In this document: one piece after another, positions 11,547-16,496 of the stretch
How positions within the stretch are numbered: position 1 is the stretch's first letter
Layout: every line of letters starts with the position of its first letter
Source: Tubiluchus corallicola
Lineage: Eukaryota; Animalia; Priapulida
Assembly (NCBI GenBank): GCA_030141605.1
Contig: JAQGDQ010002054.1
Coordinates: forward strand, 1 to 16,496
Direction: 5' to 3'
Length of the DNA stretch: 16,496 nt
Program-made: the position numbers and the translations under genes
Notes under the pieces: model-generated
What the model saw: only the letters and a program-made list of their open reading frames with translations
What the model was told of the DNA's origin: nothing
The model's database searches: none

Positions 11547-12219
11547 TCACAGCGCTCAACCAGCAAAGACATTACCTCACAGTGCTCACCCAGCAAAGAC
11601 ATTACCTCACAACACTCACCCAGCAAAGACACTACCTCACAGCACTCACCCAGCAAAGACATTACCTCACAACACTCACCCAGCAAAGACACTACCTCAC
11701 AGCGCTCTACCAGCAAAGACATTACCTCACAACACTCACCCAGCAAAGACATTACCTCACAACACTCACCCAGCAAAGACATTACCTCACAGCGCTCACC
11801 CAGCAAAGACATTACCTCACAACACTCACCCAGCAAAGACATTACCTCACAGCGCTCATCCAGCAAAGACATTACCTCACAGCGCTCATCCAGCAAAGAC
11901 ATTACCTCACAACACTCACCCAGCAAAGACATTACCTCACAACACTCACCCAGCAAAGAAATTACCTCACAGTGCTCACCCAGCAAAGGCATTACCTCAC
12001 AGCGCTCACCCAGCAAAGACACTACCTCACAGCGCTCACCCCGCAAAGGCATTACCTCACAGCGCTCACCCAGCAAAGACACTACCTCACAGCGATCACC
12101 CAGCAAAGACATTACCTCACAGCGCTCACCCATCAAAGACATTACCTCACAGCACTCACCCAGCAAAGACACCACCTCACAGTGCTCACCCAGCAAAGAC
12201 ACTAACTCACATTACTCAC
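11547..12219. repeat. Minisatellite, 30-bp unit, ~22 copies, abutting the exon A donor
   Basis: Unit acagcgctcacccagcaaagacattacctc. Explains four overlapping ORFs with 10-aa repeats. Confidence 0.97.
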
Positions 12220-12323
12220 CTTTTGATGACTTTTCAGAGTTGGTCGTGATAACTTTTCATAAATGAAATCTGAAGTGGACTTCCTGAATGCAGTATTAAA
12301 GAAGGCAAGCCAATTGTGGTCAC
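12220..12323 (-). CDS. TTLL4: TTLL4-like tubulin polyglutamylase-family gene, internal exon A (104 nt, phase 1-0)
   Basis: ttttcAG acceptor, AAG|gtgagt donor. Translates xDHNWLAFFNTAFRKSTSDFIYEKLSRPTLKSHQK and joins in frame to YNQFPG, recreating the TTLL 'HQK.NHFPG' motif. Confidence 0.85.
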
Positions 12324-12487
12324 CTGAAAATGGGCGAGAAAAATACTAGTACTAGTTGTGTACTTTTCTTGCACAGTTCTGCATTCTGCAAGCCCAAGTC
12401 TAGCATTCAACCTAAGGTTATACTATTAATGTTATGAATAGTGTGGCGGGACCGTACCTCATCTCTTTATCAAGAATGGTCCTCTAA

Positions 12488-12597
12488 TGACGCGTTCAGA
12501 CGTAAAGAGTTCTCTCACAACTTGTTGCGCAACTTCTTTCCGAGAGTAAACTCGGGTGTGTGAATAGCTTGGCAACTCTCTACGTCTGAACGCGCCA
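12488..12597. mobile_element. PIF/Harbinger (Tourist-like) MITE, 110 bp
   Basis: TIRs tgacgcgttcagacgtaaagagtt / aactctctacgtctgaacgcgcca, flanked by TAA / TAA. Confidence 0.82.
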
Positions 12598-12690
12598 TAA
12601 AAAGACGGTTAGCCTTGGGCTTGTCTCACTCATGTGTAACATTCTTCTCAGATGGAAAAACAGTTGGTGCAGTACGTATAACAGTTTTAA

Positions 12691-13443
12691 AGCACAAGAA
12701 AACCCTCCAGTCACACAAAGCTTAAAAAATTCGTATTCGAATTTTACAGAAGTTAAGGGACAAGGAAAGGGTCAGCTCAAGTAGGTTTCAGAAAAATCGC
12801 CTTTAAAATTATATTACTTTATAGCAATTTTATGCTTATATCACATGTGTACTCGCACTGAAAGGAATTTTAGTTTGTTCTCATTTTAAATCTCCCGCAA
12901 TACTGTTCCGAAGTAGCCATTAAATGACGTCATGTACCAAACGTAAATCAAGGGATGAAAAGGAAATGTTAAATTATATCTCAAAAACTTTCCATGCAAA
13001 CCTATATTACTTAGATTTTCGCTTACCTACTAGAAAGACTTATGTAACTAGAAAAGAAAATTATTAATTATTTAAAATGTTTCCACCAATTGGTAAAATG
13101 TCGCTGACTCACCCTCCAGGTTGCACCACTCAGTAACCAAAAATGTATTTTTAATCTTATTGACAAGATACAGTAAATTCAAATTTTATTTAGTTAGTGA
13201 CTTGTGCGCTACGAATGCTCTGATTATTTTTTCAGACTTTACAAAATATTATCTAAACTTCTTTCAAATGACCTGTCGTGAAAACGGCTGCGTCTAACGG
13301 TCATCGCGGGAGTTTAAATTTTCATGTTTTATACAGCGTGACTGCCGATTGAAGTCCTGTACGCAAACAGGCAGTATGTAAGTGATATAAAATCTCAAGA
13401 CTAATTTTTTTAAGCTTTATGTTTATGAGGGTTTTCTTGTGCT
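12691..13443. mobile_element. Kolobok-like non-autonomous element X
   Basis: Perfect 17-bp TIR agcacaagaaaaccctc / gagggttttcttgtgct, extending imperfectly to ~55 bp. TTAA on both sides (12687-12690, 13444-13447). AG..CT termini. Confidence 0.82.
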
Positions 13444-13447
13444 TTAA

Positions 13448-13729
13448 GGCTGTGTAAAACTCGTAAATTTAAACTCCCGCGATGACCGTTAGGCGCAACC
13501 ATTTTAATGTAGGTTGATTGAAACAAGTTTAAATAATACTAAGTAAATTTTGAAAAAATAATCACAGCATTCGTAGCATATGATCCTGTGCTTGTAGCAG
13601 CATGAACGTTACTAACAAAGTAAAATTTTAAATTACTGTATCTTGTCAATAGAATTAAAAATACGTTTATGGTTAGTGATTGGCGCACCCTGGAGGGAGA
13701 GTCAGCCCGCCCTATTTTTCAAATTCGCA
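13448..13729. mobile_element. End of a second TTAA-specific element Y, interrupted by Helitron B
   Basis: Starts TTAA|GG. 13449-13706 is an inverted diverged homolog of 13103-13337 inside element X. Confidence 0.55.
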
Positions 13730-13776
13730 TCTATCTATTCTATTATATTAATATTCTTGGTATCTTAATATATATA

Positions 13777-15421
13777 CTAGCCAAACCCCACAAAAAGAAT
13801 TTTGTGCACAAATCAACACACAACCCACACCACACCACTCCACCTCATCACACCACACTGCACCACACCATACCACTCCACCTCATCGCACCACACAATA
13901 CCACCACACCGCACCACACCGCACCACACCACACCACTCACACCATACCACTCCACCACATCACACCACACTGCACCACACCATACCACTGCACCACCCA
14001 CCCGCCTACACACCACACCATACCACTCCACAACATCACACCACATCGCACCATACCACTGCAGCACACCGCACCACCCACACACCACACCACCCACACC
14101 ATACGACTCCACCACATCACACCGCACAGCACCACACCATAACACCACCCTGCACCACACCACCCACCCACCTACACACCACACCACCCACACCATACCA
14201 CTCCACCACATCACACCACACCACACCATACCACTGCAGCACACCGCACCACCCACACACCACACCACACCACCCACACCATAATACTCCACCACATCAC
14301 ACCGCACTGCACCACAACACCCACCCACCCACACACCACGCCACCCACTCCATACCACACTACCCACACCACACCCCACACACCCTATCACCCCACCACA
14401 CCATCCATAGCACAACACACAAAGCACACCACCACCACACCACATCAAATCCACCACCTCACGTGGTGATCATGATGTTGATGATGATGATGGTGGCAAC
14501 GATGACGACACCTATAGCACAAGCACCAACAGCACAGCATTACAACAAAACCATTCCAAACATTTTTCACAAAGTTGAAACTATGTGCTATAATATAATA
14601 AATAGCAAAGGCCCCACAAAAGATTTTGCGCAAAAAACCACGTGTAATCAATAATACGCGAACATCCTACCTAGTCCTCATTTATAACGCAAAGCCCGTA
14701 ACATCATGCCTACTGTTTGTTTAACTAACGCAAAGCCTGTAGCAGCTTTTTGCTGAATTAAAGCTATAAGATTATAGACAGAATACAATGGATGACGTCA
14801 CAACAATGGTTTTGCGTCAGCAGTTTTCTAAGCGAAAATTGCCGAAAATGGAACTCCTAATTAACTCGCCAGTACTCCTCTCGGTGGACCTGCCCTAAAA
14901 TATAGCCCACATCATCGTGTAGCCCTGTCCTTCCTCTTTGTAAAGAGCCGTATATCTCCTTCCGAGAGTCCCACCGGGCGCCGCTAGAACGTTTTTCCCG
15001 CAGGCTGTTTGGTCAAAATTTCGAAAAAATCGCGAGTTGGGTCCGGGAAAACGCCCGTTGCGGGGCGCCCTGGCCCTCTCGCGAATTCTAAATAGGCCTA
15101 TGACACCCACCGCTGAACGGGCTATCTATCCATACCCAGTACCCCCCTCGGCCCGTTCCCGTTCTCTACATCTCAGCCGTATAACTTTTGCAAAAAACGG
15201 CCGAAAAAGGGCCATTTTTGGAGGTTTTTCGCCTCCCGTTCCTCCCGGTGGGCCCCATTCGAAAAATAAACCCCCAATGAGACGACACTAGATCGAGACC
15301 TTTCGTTTGATATATAGATCGCCGCAAATGGTGCCCTCGTCCGGGCTGTAGCCTCGAATCTTATATATATATAAATAAATAAATAAATATATATATATAC
15401 CAAGAATATTAATATAAGAGA
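13777..15421 (-). mobile_element. Complete non-autonomous Helitron, copy A (1645 bp)
   Basis: The minus strand begins A|TCTCTTATATTAATATTCTTGG at 15421 and ends with hairpin cacaaaa-ttct-ttttgtg, then gggtttgg, then CTAG|T at 13777. Inserted in an AT dinucleotide with no TSD and no TIR. Confidence 0.88.
13815..14458. repeat. Degenerate (CACCA)n microsatellite inside Helitron A (mirrored as TGGTG repeats at 16318-16496 in copy B)
   Basis: Direct reading. Has higher-order repeats such as cataccactccaccacatcacaccacactgcaccacac. Confidence 0.95.
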
Positions 15422-16496
15422 TATGTAAGATTCGAGGCTACAGCCCGGACGAGGGCACCATTTGCGGCGATCTATATATCAAACGAAAGGTCTCGATCTA
15501 GTGTCGTCACATTGGAATCGCGGGAGGAGGGTGGGGGGCGAAAAACCTCCAAAAATGGCCATTTTTCGGCCGTTTTTTGCAAAAGTTATACGGCTGAGAT
15601 GTAGAGAACGGGAATGGGCCGAGGGTGGTGCTGGGTATGGATAGATAGCCCGTTCAGCGGTGGGTGTCATAGGCCTATTTAGAGTTCGCGAGAGGGCCAC
15701 GGTGTCCCGCAACGGGCGTTTTCCCGGACCCAACTCGCGATTTTTTCGAAATTTTGACCAAACAGCCTGCGGGAAAAACGTTCTAGCGTCGCCTGGTGGG
15801 ACTCTCGGAAGGAGATATATAGCTCTTTACAAAGAGGAAGGACAGTACTACACGATGCTGTAGGTTATATTTTAGGGCAAGTCCACCGAGAGGAGTATTG
15901 GCGAGTTAATTAGGAGTTCTATTTTCGGCAATTTTCACTTAAGAAACTGCTGACGCAAAGGCATTGTTGTGACGTCATCCATTGTACTCTGTCTATAATC
16001 TTATAACTTTAATTCAGCAAAAAGCTGCTACAGGCTTTGCGTTAGTTAAACAAACTGTAGGCATGATGTTACGGGCTTTGTGTTATAAATGTGGACTAGG
16101 TAGGATGTTCACGTATTATTGATTACACGTGGTTTTTTACGCAAAATCTTTTGCGGGGCCTTTGCTATTTATTATATTATAGCACATAGTTTCAACTTTG
16201 TGAAAAATGTTTGGAATGGTTTTGTTGTAATGCTGTGCTGTTGGTGCTTGTGCTATAGGTGTCGTCATCATTGCCACCATCATCATCATCATCATCAACA
16301 TCATGATCACCACGTGAGGTGGTGGATTTGATGTGGTGTGGTGGTGGTGTGCTTTGTGTGTTGTGCTATGGATGGTGTGGTGGGGTGATAGGGTGTGTGG
16401 GGTGTGGTGTGGGTAGTGTGGTATGGAGTGGGTGGCATGGTGTGTGGGTGGGTGGGTGTTGTGGTGCAGTGTGGTGTTATGGTGTGGTGCAGTGTG

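Larger units (their letters stand above)
13730..16496 (+). mobile_element. Helitron copy B, split by copy A (13730-13776 plus 15422 to beyond 16496)
   Basis: Removing copy A restores A|TCTATCTATTCTATTATATTAATATTCTTGGTATCTTAATATATATA-TATGTAAGATTCGAGGC, homologous to the 5' end of copy A. The 3' end lies beyond the window. Confidence 0.85.

Noticed and set aside
11462-12266. Four ~240-aa repeat-protein ORFs
   Set aside because: A 30-bp unit stays open in several frames on both strands. The exon frame stops 6 codons into the intron.
14445-16331. Duplicated small ORFs (MITRGFLRK..., MGPGKRPLR..., MGVIGLFR...) as genes
   Set aside because: They are mirror products of the two Helitron copies, with non-ATG starts in several cases and no Rep/helicase motifs.
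14300-16496. Assembly or fold-back read artefact, or telomere hairpin
   Set aside because: The arms differ by many substitutions and indels, and the junctions are fully explained by nested Helitron termini.

Overview
AT-rich, repeat-dense animal-type genomic DNA. It carries seven GT-AG spliced, phase-compatible coding exons (847 nt, minus strand) covering most of the catalytic ATP-grasp domain of a divergent TTLL4-like tubulin ligase. Neither end of the gene was found in the window. The introns hold hAT, Harbinger, Kolobok-like (TTAA) and foldback-like non-autonomous DNA elements, RTE and CR1-group LINE 3' fragments, a tRNA-derived MetaSINE-like element, three minisatellites (42, 45 and 30 bp units) and long microsatellites. 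Main highlights: (1) a complete non-autonomous Helitron inserted in reverse into the 5' AT-rich head of a sister copy, creating a palindrome with ~1 kb arms, with a dead internal terminus suggesting end-bypass capture; (2) unusual specificity-motif substitutions in the TTLL4-like enzyme; (3) nested inverted repeats around in-frame exons that predict circRNA or exon skipping. All long ORFs in the track other than the exon and LINE pieces are repeat artefacts.
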